Below, one piece after another: positions 38,926 to 52,179 of a stretch of DNA of 64,000 nt (position 1 is the stretch's first letter; each line of letters starts with the position of its first letter). The stretch spans positions 43,276,001-43,340,000 of the forward strand of contig OX597818.1 of the NCBI GenBank assembly GCA_951406725.2. Direction: 5' to 3'. The notes under the pieces were generated by a model. It saw only the letters and a program-made list of their open reading frames with translations, did not search any database and was not told where the DNA came from. The position numbers were made by a program, and so were the translations under genes. Origin of the DNA: Octopus vulgaris. Lineage: Eukaryota.

Positions 38926-41092
38926 TGATTTGTTGTGATTTCTCTGGTATATGGATAAATAGGTCAGCAAATTTCAAAACTGTTTATAACTACAGAAAAA
39001 TGTTCATAACATTGTTTATAATAAAAACCAAATTGGGACAAATTTATTTATATTAATTTTTCTCTAATTCTCTGACTTTTCAAATTCCCCTTTTTTTTTT
39101 CCCACTAGCATTTGCATACTTTATGAGATATATTTTTGTGTGATGGTTTCTAAAAAATGCCTTCCCTCCCTGCCCAGCCTTCTCTCTCACTTCCTCCTTG
39201 CTTTCTCCCTCTATCTCACCTCTCACTTTCTCTTTCATCTTCCTCTCCACCCATCTCTCATATTACTTCTATATTCCATAATGTTTATACAAAAGTGTTT
39301 AAATCCTCCGGCTGTGTAATAATTGAAATAGATAAAGTTAAGATTGACCAATTAGATAAAATAGCAACTAGACACATTACTGGCTTTTGAAGCCCCCTTT
39401 TTTTTTGTTTGTGTCACACAACTAAAGGAGTCTTTCTTTGAATCCATCCCTAAGTAGCATACACTCATTTCCATTTAATTAATCCTAGGCATTATGAATA
39501 CATATGTATATATATATGTGTGTGTTTATCTGATTACGTGTGTGTGTGTCTCTATGTCTGTCTACTTCCAAATTTAATGGGCAGTAATTAGATCCCTTCA
39601 ACTTGTCCTTTATTTATTAACAACAGCTGTCCTCCAAAAGAATTATGTAATGCCTTTTATATTATGTATGTTTGAAGAGCTAGAGGCAAGGGAGTCAAAT
39701 AAATTGATCCCTTAGCTAATACTTGCTACTTGCTTTGTTGTTTTCCTTTAATCTAGAAGCTATCTTTTCATGTCCCCTTTTCTTTATGTGGCTTCATTTG
39801 GTCTTTTGCACAATATTTCATTATGTGTGTGTGTCTTGTCTTTTACATAATACATAAAATAACGTAATTTCATATACCTTTCTTTGTCTCAATTACTCTC
39901 TCTCTCTCTCTCTTCCCCTCTATCTCTCTCTTTCTTCACACACATATATACTGGAACATTATATATTGTATGTGTATGTACATGTATGCATATGTGTGCA
40001 TACGTATGTATATATTCATCTCTGTGTGTATGTCTATATGTTTATTTTCATGTGTGTGTATTAAGATATTGTTATATTTATTTCTTACTTGAAGGTCTCA
40101 TCCTATGATTCTGTAGTCTTTCATTATTTTTTCCTCTTCTAAACATATCTTTGTTGTGTTTCCTTTATTCTTCACTCTTATAATTATTTCCTTTGTACTT
40201 TATTAAAGCCCTCAAGATATCATTTGATATAGTTGACACTCAGATAATCAGATAAATTATAACTTTCTAGTTTAATTATTTCTTTTGTTTCTTCTCTATT
40301 ATCAAATAAATCATTTTTTTTCAGTTGGTCAATCTAAATTAAAAATATAAATATAAATATAATTATGAAAGTTTAATCACAGATATTTTACTGTTATTTG
40401 CATTCCTTTTCTTTCTTTATATATATATATATATATTAAAGTCTTTAATTTTCACATAAGTAGCATTTTACTTTTGTTTTAGTTGAATTTAAATTAACTA
40501 TTTTATTTATTTAAATATTTTATGAATAAACGTTTGTAATCAAATATATTCAACTTATCATAGTCTTGCTAAGGAATTTTCACTAACCCATCTTGTGGTA
40601 TAGCACTGATAAGTTTTAGCACCATTTTAGCCTTAACAAAATTCATGGATGACAGTAAATTTTCTGAAGATTATGAAAAGAAAACAAGCAAACTGTTTGA
40701 CTGACATTAAGCATGGATTTGGTATCATTAAATATTTATTAAAAGCTATTTTTAAAAAAAATTTTCTCACCATTTCTAAAATGAATTTTTGAAGTCTATG
40801 TTTTTAATTAAGTCACATAGCCTAGTGGTTAGAGTGTTGCATTCGCAATCATATGGTCATGATTTCAATTCCTGCACAAGACTGTACATCGTGTTCTTGA
40901 GCAAAACACTTCATTTCATGCTACACCAGTCCACTCAGCTGTATATGAGTTCTAGTGTTAACCTTTTGATGGACTGACATCCCATTCAGAGAGGAATGTT
41001 GTTATCTCAAGTGCTTATACACTATGGAAACCCCCGTTAAGCTCCACTCTGATGAGTCCTGGTGATATGACAGACCTAATGTTTTACACATA

Positions 41093-41655
41093 GGCACAGG
41101 AGTGGCTGTGTGGTAAGTAGCTTGCTTACCAACCACATTTTTCCGTGTTCAGTCCGACTTCATGGCACCTAGGGCAAGTGTCTTCTACTATAGCCTTGGG
41201 CTGACCAAAGCTTTGTGAGTGGATTTGGTTGACGGAAACTGAAAGAAGCCTATTGTAATGTATGTGTGTGCCGGTGGCATGTAAAAAGTACCATTTGAGC
41301 GTGATCATTACCAGTGTTGCCTTACTGGTATTTGTGCTGGTGGCACGTGAAAAAACATTCGAGCGAGGTCGTTGCCAGTGCTGCTGGACTGGCTCCTGTG
41401 CAAGTGGCACATAAAAGACACCATTTGAACATGGCTGTTGCTAGTACCACCTGACTGGCCCTCATGCTGGTGGCACATAAAAGCACCCACTACACTCTCG
41501 GAGTGGTTGGCATTAGGAAGGGCATCCAGCTGTAGAAACTCTGCCAGATCAAAATTGAAGCCTGGTGCAGCCATCTGGTTTGCCCATCCTCAGTCAAATC
41601 GTCCAACCCATGCTAGCACGGAAAGTGGACATTAAACGATGATGATAATGATGAT
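41093..41655 (+). mobile_element. SINE with family A head, ~65-bp tandem modules and family C RTE-type tail
   Basis: Head as in family A to ~41250, then three or more modules, then ccaacccatgctagcacggaaagtggacattaaac(gat)n. Confidence 0.85.
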
Positions 41656-42247
41656 GAGCTAGTAGAATTGGGATCAAGATCAGTTCAAATGCACTAAGAA
41701 ATCCTCTAAATTGTAAATTAACCTGCCAGAAATATCTAAATTTCCCTCTGAAGGCTGCTGCTGCTGTCACCGTCATCAACAATAATGACTCACATATTTT
41801 ACTACCATTATAAAAGGAGGAACACGTTAGATAATGTAAGCATAGATAATTTTCTACTTAACAAGAGGATCAGGCGATTATTATTACTGGATCATCTTTG
41901 ATTATAGGTCTGCCTGATTAGAGTTAATCAGAAACTGAACAGCTACTTAACAGAAATATTTTATAAGGTGGCTAGTTGGCAGAATCATTAGCATGCCAGA
42001 CAAAATGCTTAGTAGCATCTCTTCTGCATTATGATTTAGCCTTTCAAGATTGATAAAACAAATACCAGTTGAGCTCTGGGGTTGACGTAATTGACTAGAC
42101 TCTCTTCCAGAATTCCAGGCCTTGTACCTATAATAGAGAAAGAAAGGAACTAAAAAAAAAAAGCAAGGAAAGTGTACACATAAATGGCAGTGCCCCAACA
42201 TGGCCACAGCTCATGAGCTGAAACTAGATGAAAAAAATATATATATA

Positions 42248-42637
42248 GGCGCAGGAGTGGCTGTGTGTTAAGTAGCTTGCTTACCAACCACATGGTTCTG
42301 GGTTCAGTCCCACTGCATGGCATCTTGGGCAAGTGTCTTCTACTATGGCCTCAGGCCGACCAAAGCCTTGTGAGTGGATTTGGTAGACGGAAACCGAAGG
42401 AAGCCCATCGTATATATGTATATATGTGTGTGTGTCTGTGTTTGTCCCCCCCAACATCGCTTGACAACCGATGCTGGTGTGCTCACATCCCTGTAACTTA
42501 GCAGTTTGGCAAAAGACTCCGATAGAATAAGTACTAGGCTTACAAAGAATAAGTCCTGGGGTCAATTTGCTCAACTAAAGGTGGTGCTCCAGCATGGCCA
42601 CAGTCAAATGACTGAAACAAGTAAAAGAGTAAAAGAG
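42248..42637 (+). mobile_element. full-length family A SINE
   Basis: Complete head, core and tail. Confidence 0.92.
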
Positions 42638-43104
42638 AGGGTATGAAAATGCAATGAAAATCTAAAGGATAATCATCGTCATTTGATGTCTGTTTTCCAT
42701 TCTGACATGCATTGGACAGTTTGACAGAAGCTGGCAAGGCCAGGAGCCACATAAGGTTTAATAGTCTGTTTTGATTTGGTTCCATAGCTGAATACCCTTC
42801 CTAATGCTAACCACTTTGCAGAGTTTACTGGGTACTTTTTTGCCATCACCAGTACTTTTTACATAGCACCAGCACCAGTGCTTTATGGCAGGGGGAAGAA
42901 GGTTGATGGTACTGAGCCCCTCGTAAATGTTAAAAGATGAACAAGCAGAAGCATCAAAAACTGCTTGTAAAAATGATTCATGGGGGAACCGCCACATAGT
43001 AACTTGATCTGCTAGGAATAGTAGCCTAATCTTCCTTAAATCATATTCTGTTGTCTTCAAAAAGGAAGTTCTTTTTGAATAATATGGTCCTAGAAAAGCA
43101 ATGA

Positions 43105-43487
43105 TTGAATAACTCTGAGCACCTTTTCAAACTCCACCTGTCTAACACCCGTGGACATGTTTACAAAGTCAGAAAACAGCACAGCTCCCATGACTTTCGG
43201 AAACATTTTTTCACGCGAAGAGTTGCTGAAGCATGGAACAAACTGCCAGCATCAGTTGTTAGTTGTCGGAGCACTGCATCCTTCAAAACTTCCATGCTTC
43301 CTGAGATTTGCCAACACTACACCTGATTTTCTCCCCTCCATACACATACAAGCATGTATCTGACTCATACACTGTTCACTTCCCAGACATTTGTACATTA
43401 CTGCATATGCTTTATACGCACTTTTGACAAGTTGTGGTGCACCTGAGCACTGTATACAATAATTTCATTATTATTATATTATTATTT
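43105..43487 (+). mobile_element. 5'-truncated CR1-clade LINE (ORF2 C-terminus, 3' UTR, (TTA)n tail) inserted in an older repeat
   Basis: NTRGHVYKV...RKHFFTRRVAEAWNKLPASVV..STASFK is the CR1 C-terminal motif. The flanks (42990-43100 and 43490-43555) are two halves of a dispersed repeat. Confidence 0.85.
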
Positions 43488-44222
43488 AGAATAAGGGTGA
43501 AATGACTTTGATCATAAATCTGCTCAATGACAGCCGACTGGAGGTTAAACAACGACTGTTTGTTAGCAGGTAAGAAGTAAGATATCAGAGGGCAATCAAA
43601 ACAGGCGAGTTTTTTTTTTAAAGATAAATTTAGTAATCGAGAAACAATTCTGAATACATGTCCAAATATAAAAGAAGAATATATAAAAAATAATGATGCT
43701 TTTATAGTTGATGTTTAGTATCGAATATTTTTACCATATATCAGAAATATTGTTTGCAGATATTTCTGGCTATTCAAAACATTCCATAAACATTCTACTG
43801 TTTTGTTATGTAAATGTTTTCTATTTGTATTTTTAACCTTCACTAAACATTCAGTTACATATTTTGTTAATATTTTCATATTTTGTTTGTACATATCATC
43901 ATCATCATCATCATCGTTGTCGTTGTCATCATCATTTATGTATATATATATATATTATATATTATCAATAAAATGCATTATATTACCAAAATATAAATTC
44001 AGCTGTTACAAGAATATAATATTGTATTTCCTTAATAATAGTATACCCAATATGAGTGCCTAGCTATCTGTCTGTCTGTTTGTCCACACATACATGATGG
44101 AAGTTGACTTGTGACTGAATAGGATCAATTCCTAGACCCATTTCACTCTAAGAAACATTTCAAGCTTGGTCTCCCTATGCATACAACACACACACACACA
44201 TATGATATATATAGATATATAT

Positions 44223-44257
<35 letters not shown>

Positions 44258-44260
<3 letters not shown>

Positions 44261-44463
44261 CCACGTGTGTACCGTTGGCAATATTTTTCCTCCTTCTTCC
44301 CTTTCTTGGATCTTTCCTTTTCCTATGTTTCTGACGAAGAGCTCCGCTTGAAATGTTAAATCCTCCTCCATTCTTTCCTTTCCTGAGCATCCAATAACAC
44401 AATACTTGTTCCACGTCCTCGCGTTGTTATGTTTTCTCTTTGTGTTTTCATGTTTGGATTAAC
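44258..44463 (+). mobile_element. Penelope-like element with hammerhead-like motif (copy 2, CpG-decayed core)
   Basis: ctgacgaagagctccgcttgaaatgtta at 44331-44358; (TA)n on both sides; homologous to 13743-13944. Confidence 0.7.
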
Positions 44464-44503
44464 TATATATATATATATATTCTCTTTTTATTGTTTCTTC
44501 CAG

Positions 44504-44623
44504 AAAATTTGTCAAACAGTGTTTCAAGCCATTCTCCGCAGATATATGTGATGATGGAGTCTACAAGAAATTGTGTTCAGAAACAACTCAATACAAAACT
44601 GATTTAACGAATAAAGTAGAGCT
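44504..44623 (+). CDS. candidate internal coding exon of an unidentified host gene (KFVKQCFKPFSADICDDGVYKKLCSETTQYKTDLTNKVE)
   Basis: Acceptor ttgtttcttccag, donor gtaagt, 120 nt, only one open frame (phase 2-2), non-repetitive sequence. Confidence 0.62.
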
Positions 44624-44849
44624 GTAAGTATCAACTTATTATTGCCCTACCTGTTTGCTAGCGGGAGTGTACTGGGTAAGAAGGTGGGACATTAAACACT
44701 TGCATTAAACACTTATCTAATGATAATTTGGAAAGTAGGTAAAAGGTGAATATTTTGATTTGTACCTCATTACTCAAACTGGAAAACCAAATAGTTTCTT
44801 ACATAGATTAATCATCATCATCATCATCATCATCATCTTCATCATCACC

Positions 44850-44881
<32 letters not shown>

Positions 44882-45257
44882 TTTAACATTCACTTCTCCA
44901 TGCTTCCATGGATCAGATGCAATTTGTTGAAGCAGGTTTTCTGTGGCTGGATGCCCTTCCTGTTGCCAACCTTTACCTGTTTCCAAGCAAGGCAATATTT
45001 TCCCCATGGCCAGGCAAGTTCTTCATGGAAAGCTCCAAATGAACAACCTTGCTTGCATGATGATGATGATGATAATGATGCTAATTCACAATCATCATGT
45101 GATGTCTAGACAATGGCACACACATACATGCACACACATATATAACAGGCTTCATCTTAAATGCTGCTTTCTGTGAGCAGTTATTTTTAGAAATAACTTC
45201 TTATAAAATTAGTAACTAATGTATTATACTACAATATGCTATAGTATGTTGTATTAT

Positions 45258-45595
45258 GTGAAGGCGCATGGCTCAGTGGTTAGAGCGTCAAGCTTACAAT
45301 CGTAAGGTTGTGAGTTCAATTCTCGGACTGAGCTGCTTGTTGTGTTCTTGAGCAAGACACTTTATTTCACGTTGCTCCTGTTAACACAGCTGTAGAAATG
45401 AGTTGCGACATCACTGGTGCCAAGCTGTATCGACCTTTGCTTTTCCCTTGGATAACATCAGTGGTGTGGAGAAGGGAGGCTGGTATGCATGGGCAACTGC
45501 TGGCCTTCCACAAACAACCTTGCCCAGACTTGTGCCTGGGAGGGTAACTTTCTAGGTGCAATCCCATGGTCAGTCATGACTGAAGGGGGATCTCC
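45258..45595 (+). mobile_element. tRNA-derived SINE family E
   Basis: ggcgcatggctcagtggttagagc...gagttcaattctc head, then gtgttcttgagcaagacacttt; an older relative lies at ~40815-41070. Confidence 0.82.
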
Positions 45596-46187
45596 TCCTC
45601 AATGTTGTATTATGCCATAAATCTAAACACAGTGTGATTAATGGAATTCCAATTTCATTTCATCATCATCGTTACTATTATCATGATTATTTAATGTTTG
45701 TGTTCCATGCAGGCAAGTGTTGCACAGTTTGACAGAATCCAATATGTCTAAGGACTGTATTGTGCTCCAATGCATGGTTTTTACAGCTGGATGTCCTTAC
45801 GAATTCCAACCACATCCATATATTTGTTAATCATTTCTTAGATTGGAGACATCCTGTCATATGTGTGCTGATAGAACAATCTCCAACCTATATAATAAAG
45901 ACTCTGTTAGACTCTGAGATTCAGTTATGTTGCTTGTACTCTTTCCTCTCTGTGTTAACAACTTCTTTGTTAGCACTACTAACAATACACTTCTTTGCAG
46001 AAAAGACCACCCTTCCTCTCAAAGGCATCATCTATATGCCAACTAAATACCTCATACTCTTTAGTTTATTGAAGTTGTGCTTAACTTCAATAAACAGAGA
46101 CCTTGGAAAACATTCAATGGAGAGATGACAATTGATAAAAAACTGGAAAATTGGAAGCTAAAAGATATTTTAATTTTTCATTGATAA

Positions 46188-47045
46188 TTTCAGTAAATGA
46201 TTATTGAAATATTAAAAATGAATTTTAAATAATTCATATTTCTTTTGACATGATAACTTGCATAAGCAATATGCAAGACTTTACTAAATTAATTTAATTG
46301 ATCGTATAATAATTAAGCATTTAGCACAGTTTTAGCTATCATGAATCCAAGATGCAATCAGAAGAATCAATTAAAATTATTCTTACTAATTATGCTTTTC
46401 ATTAACTTCAAATCACTCAGGTCAATTTACCCCACCCACTTCATCCCTTCTTCATTATCCTACACTGCTACTAACAATATTTAGGCAGTTATTTATCCAT
46501 TATTCATCCTTCACACATTATCATGTCCTCATAACAACTCAAATTGATGTTTTTAATTCTCAACTTCATTTTTTTAATTCTTAAATTCAATTTATAAATG
46601 CTGAGAATCATATTATTCTTTCTCAGAGTCTCTCAGCTTTAATATCCATGTCTCCTTTAATTACTTTGTCATCAATATACATGGAATTTCTTCATATTTC
46701 TAATTTCATTAGAGTCTAAATATTCCATCTTCACTCCACCATCCATCACCCAATGAGGAAGCCTCTTCATGGTCATCTAATCTGCTAAAACAGCAACCAA
46801 ATATCCGTCAAATTATATCCCTGCTATCTTAAACAAAGAAAATCATTTTGCATAATGAGTCTTAGACACTCATCCCTACTCTCTTAAACAAGTAAGATCC
46901 CTTTAGATAATGTAGTCTTAGACACTCCTAAAATGTTGAGATGATCATGGCTACAATGTTTTTCATCATAGATTTGCTCAATCAAGCTTGGCCTGCATCA
47001 AAATGAGAACAACTGATTAAGTTACATAAATAAGGAATCCTTCAC
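46188..47045 (+). repeat. old segmental duplication, copy 1 (copy 2 at ~48915-50310)
   Basis: Collinear similarity of roughly 80% by eye, with a 52-bp identical block (46283-46334 = 49011-49062). Confidence 0.88.
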
Positions 47046-48914
47046 ATCCTACACTCACTTTACTCACTCCTTTTCCCTTTTCCCTTTGTAATATTACCCA
47101 CCCTTCTTCCTGTCCTTCTTCTGCCTGCAGACATCAACCTACAGATGTTTTAAACTGAACACCAACGGCATCATTAACTGAACATTAACCTATTAAGAGG
47201 AATAACTTGTCTATGAAGATCATAATCCCTGCTCTTTCTCTACTTAACTTTATTCGTTTTTAAGGCTCACTTTTAGTTTCTTTCATTTCTTAATTTATTA
47301 AATTAAGGGAGCATCCTGCTCAATCCGACTGTTAGCTTAAAATTATTATTTAAAGTTGAGATTAATGGAATTTCTAAGAGGTTATTAGTTTAACTGTGGT
47401 AAAAATAAACTATATAAAAATAGTGGTTCTGCACTCTCATAAGATTCAGTTAAAGCCATTATAATATGGGGGAAACAAAATCTAAAATATTGAAGCAAGA
47501 TGCAATGGAAGGAAGCCACATATTAAAATTTATGGATAATGTTATCATTCAGATACTGTTATCTAAATTAATTAATCCCATATTCTTTAAACGAAAACGA
47601 ATTTTAAATTATCCCTTTATTAGAATCAAAGCTTTGAAGGTTATCAGAATTTTCAAGTAAACTGCTACATGGCAACTGCTGCTAATCTATTGCTTATAAT
47701 TACTATGGTGATCTAAACAAAAGCATGCCAGATACAGAGATGTAGCAAAAGTATGTGGATGATGGTTGCTAGTAGCTATGGTGGTGATGGTGATGGTTAT
47801 GGCAGAATCATTTGTTGGCGTTGGGAATGGAGAATATGGTGTGCTGAATTGGTCAGTATGACCAGCAGTGTTAGTGCATAGGTGTTTGTACATATATGTG
47901 TGTGAGTGTGTATATGCATTCACAGACGATTCCATTTATTACAATCTTGGATAATGTTATCAGTTTTTGTTATTAAATTTAGTGGGCTCCACACCCTTTT
48001 ATCTAAAATGAATGAAAAATTATCCACTTATTAGAATCAAATGACCAATTAATATTATATTCCTGGCTTAATATTACCAAATAGTTATTGTCACCAGCAG
48101 GTTATTGTTATGGAAAAGGTTTCATTCCAAAACGATCATGATAGGCAGGCTTCTACTGCACATGTGTGCATATATATATATATATGTATATATATAAATA
48201 TATATATGGCATACTGGTCAGGTTAATCTTTCATGAACTACAAGGGTTAAACATTTTTCAATTGTCAATCAAAATCATTTTCCATTATAAATAAAAGATA
48301 TTGTATTGCAGTTCTGACAATAATTCAATTTAAATTTCGATTTTCTTCTTTACAAACCAAGTAATATTATTTATAATGAATTAATTAATGCATAATAGCC
48401 ATTCCTAAATGCAGTTCTAGATTGGAATGGTTAATTCCCAGATTATATTGATTGCTGAATAAATTAGAAGCTTTCTGTCAAACTAAGACTGCAGCTCATT
48501 TTCAGAACTAGATTGTTGAAATTACATTTCAGTTACATCACAAAAGGCATGAACATCACATATTCTCATTTCTTTCTTTATTATAAATCTGAAAAATTTG
48601 TAACTTATGCAAAGAAAAATTTTTTAAAAAAAAGGTAAAAAGAAAAAAAATTGTGATATTTATATTTTAAGATTTTTATTCCAGTTGGTTATGAGTTAAA
48701 ATTTTAGGAACATTATAATTATCTTTGGCCTAACTGAGGTTCGTTGATGTTCCACTAGATACCAATACCTACTTAGAGAAAAGGCAATTAGCAGTTTACT
48801 TTCAAGATTCATATGCAGATACCAAGCTTAGAAAAATGCATAGCATCGATGAAAGCCTAGAAAAATAGCTGCAAAAACGTATTTTATCTTATTAATAATT
48901 TCAGTATTAATATT

Positions 48915-50310
48915 TTTCAGCAAATGATTATTGAAATACTAAAAGTATATTTAAAATAATCTAAATTTCTTTTGACATTACAGCTTGTATAAGCAGTTTT
49001 AGCAGACTTGACTAAATTAATTTAATTGATCGTATAATAATTAAGCATTTAGCACAGTTTTAACTCTCATGAATCCAAGATGCAATCAGAAGAACCAATT
49101 AAAAGTAATCTTACTAATTATGCTTTCCATTAACTTCAACTCAATCAGGTCAATTTACCACCATCCGCCTTATCCCATCTTCTTCATCTTACACTGCTAC
49201 TAATAATATTTAGGCAATTATTCATCCAGTTATTCATCTTTCGTTCATATCATATCCTCATAATAACACAAATTCCTCCTTTTAATTTCCATTTTTTTCT
49301 TCTTTTTTTCTTAATTTTTTTTTTTTTAGTCTTTAAATATAATTTATGAACACTAGGAATTATATTATTCTTTCTCAGGGTCCCTCAGCTTTAATATCCA
49401 CGTCTGATTTAATTACTTTATCATTAATGTGGTTGGAATTTCTTTACACTTCTAATTTCATTATGATCTAAACATTCTGTGTTTTTACTCCGCCATCCAT
49501 CACCCAACGAGTGAACCTCAAAGTGTTTGCTTGACCTGTTAGAAATAGCAGCTAAAAATTAATCAAATCACACCACATCTTGCTAAAACAACAAAGTAGG
49601 ACACAGTGAATAATGTATCCTTAGATACTCCTAAAATGATATAATCCCTCACCTAGCAATTGAGCTTATACATAGTTGCTTGACCTACTGGAAATAGCAA
49701 CCAAATCTCCCACAAATCACACCTAATCATCTTAAAAAGGGAAGAACAAGGTGAATAATGTAGCCTTAGATGCTCCTAAAATGATATCATCCCTCACCTA
49801 GCAATTGAGCTTATACATAGTTGCTTGACCTACTGGAAATAGCAACCAAATCTCCCACAAATCACACCCAATCATCTTAAAAATGGAAGAACAAGGTGAA
49901 TAATGTAGTCATAGATACTCCTAAAATGATATCATCCCTCACCTAGCAATTGAGCTTATACGTAGTTGCTTGACCTACTGGAAATAACAACCAAATCTCC
50001 CACAAATCACACCTAATCATCTTAAAAATGGAAGAACAAGGTGAATAATGTAGTCATAGATACTCCTAAAATGATATAATCCCTCACCTAGCAATTGAGC
50101 TTATACGTAGTTGCTTGACTTACTGGAAATAGCAACCAAATCTTCCACAAATTACACCTAATCATCTTAAAAATGGAAGAACAAGGTGAATAATGTAGTC
50201 ATAGATACTCCTGTATGGTCATGGTTGGAATGTGTTTGATTATCTTATTCAAGATTACCTTAGTGCTAAACAATAACTGATTAAGTTGCTTGAATAACTA
50301 ATCATTCTCT
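48915..50310 (+). repeat. old segmental duplication, copy 2, expanded by a tandem array
   Basis: Matches 46188-47045 and includes the 145-bp array. Confidence 0.85.
49607..50212 (+). repeat. tandem repeat, 145-bp unit x ~4.2
   Basis: tagat(a/g)ctcc recurs at 49622, 49767, 49912, 50057 and 50202; the units are nearly identical. Confidence 0.95.
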
Positions 50311-50765
50311 ATGACATCTTCATGTGTTTACGTGTTACCTGAATGAGTCAGTGATGTTATTTCTGTTTTTTTATCAGTCTACCTTGTCTATAATGTAATT
50401 TATACCAACTAGAAAATAGTTGAGTTGTTAGCCAAAATCAATCTCTTGTAACTGCTGAACTATGTCACACTTAACAATTAACAAGCAGAATCTTAACAAT
50501 AGTTATTTCAAGATACTAGAAAATCAAGATTATTCTCTTTATTGGTGTCAAATGTTCTGGAAGATTGTTCTGAATTCAATTCTTAGAACTGTAAATGCTG
50601 AAACAAAAATGAAGTAAAGTAAATCCAGAGTCAATAAGCAAATCTTTCTTCCTTCTTTTTTCTTTTGTCTTCTTTTACCTTCTATACTCTATTAGAGAAT
50701 AACAATATAGATTTTTAGCTCACAGTATACATATAGGCATGTAAACACCCTGTATTTATATACAC

Positions 50766-51163
50766 CTAGCAGTATCGCCCGGTGTTGCTCGGGTTTGTAA
50801 GAGAAATAACTATATAAGCATTTTTAGAGAGTTATAGCCAAAAAATAGCAAAAAAATGCATTAAAAATGGAAAACAAATGATGGTAAATTTTTTTTTAAA
50901 TCGTTGACTCATCGTAGACATTTTTAGAGAGTTACTTCCTTTATATAATAGCGAAAAAATGCATTAAAATGGGAAAAAATGATGGTAAATTTTTTTTTAA
51001 ATCGTAGACTCATCGTAGACACGCGTTAATACCCAGAAGGGCTCGATATGAATCACGACTATAAGATACCCGGTTTTGGTTAAACTGCACCGCAAAATGT
51101 GGGAGTAGTTAGGAATCTAAATCGTAGGAGACAGACACACAACTTCTCTTTTATATATAAAGA
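50766..51163 (-). mobile_element. non-autonomous Helitron with an internal ~100-bp duplication
   Basis: Minus strand: A|TCtttatatataaaag ... cccgagcaacaccggg hairpin, then gatactgCTAG; CpG-rich, so probably young. Confidence 0.8.
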
Positions 51164-51476
51164 TGTCTGTGGACTGAAAAAAGTGGGATCAGCTAGACTA
51201 ATTTCAATCTTTTGTACACTTTCTAACTGTCCATGGAGACACTACCTTATATAGCATTATAATGCTACTAAGACACCAAGTGGATTCGATTGAGCAGTCT
51301 GCATATATAATGCATTCTTAACAGCTAGTTCAATTATTAAACTAGTGGTGTGTTAACATGCATCTACATACAGTATTGGCTAAAAATTTATAGGTATATT
51401 CATGGCATTGGAACAAGACACTGTTAATACAGCAGTAAAGTGTTAATATGCTTCTTACTTGTCTTCTGTCTTCTCT

Positions 51477-51499
51477 TTCTTCTTCTTCTTCTTCTTCTT

Positions 51500-51583
<84 letters not shown>

Positions 51584-51593
51584 TATTATTATT
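51477..51593. repeat. (TTC)n(TTA)n microsatellite
   Basis: Directly visible. Confidence 0.95.
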
Positions 51594-52179
51594 TTTAGGA
51601 CAGTGAATGGTAGAATTGATAGGGCAAAGGACAAAATGCCTTGTAGTATTTAGATACGAATCTTACTGTGATCAACTTTGCCTTTCATCTTTCTAGAGTC
51701 GATAAAATAAGCATCTATGGTTGCTCTAATCGATTATATCTTCCACTAAAATTTATATTCTTGTACCTATGTTAGAAATCATTCTTCTTCTTATGATTAG
51801 AGTGATAGATAACAGAATCAATAGATCTTCAGACAAAATGCCTTGACCCCCATTCCTTTACATTCTAAATTCAAATACTACCTAGGTCAAACATTGTCTT
51901 TCATTTTTCCCCAGTTAGTAAAATAAGTACCAATCCAGTAGCTGGCTGGCGTTAATCAATTATTCCCTCCTCAGAATTTTGTAGCCTTGTGTAAGAATTG
52001 ATAAAATATCGTTACTACTATGATATCTTTGTTCATTTGTACGTATTCAAATCCAGCAGTAGACTTCTTTCCTGGATTTGCTGGCATTGTTTTTCAGCAC
52101 CTTCCTACACCATCATCAACATTGTCATCGCTATTGTCATCGTTTTCTTCTTCTTCTTCATCATCATCATCATCATCAT

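Noticed and set aside
41045-41080. CTGATGAG hammerhead-like box (also at 56428)
   Set aside because: There is no helix II followed by GAAA. The 41049 match lies in a SINE tail.
41265-41490. CRISPR-like appearance of recurring gtgc.ggtggcac palindromes
   Set aside because: The spacers are homologous to each other, the unit is internal to a SINE, the context is eukaryotic, and there are no cas genes.
45258-45335. tRNA-like sequences at SINE heads (also 36200 and 12460-12534)
   Set aside because: A/B boxes are present, but they run into SINE bodies and lack a complete cloverleaf.
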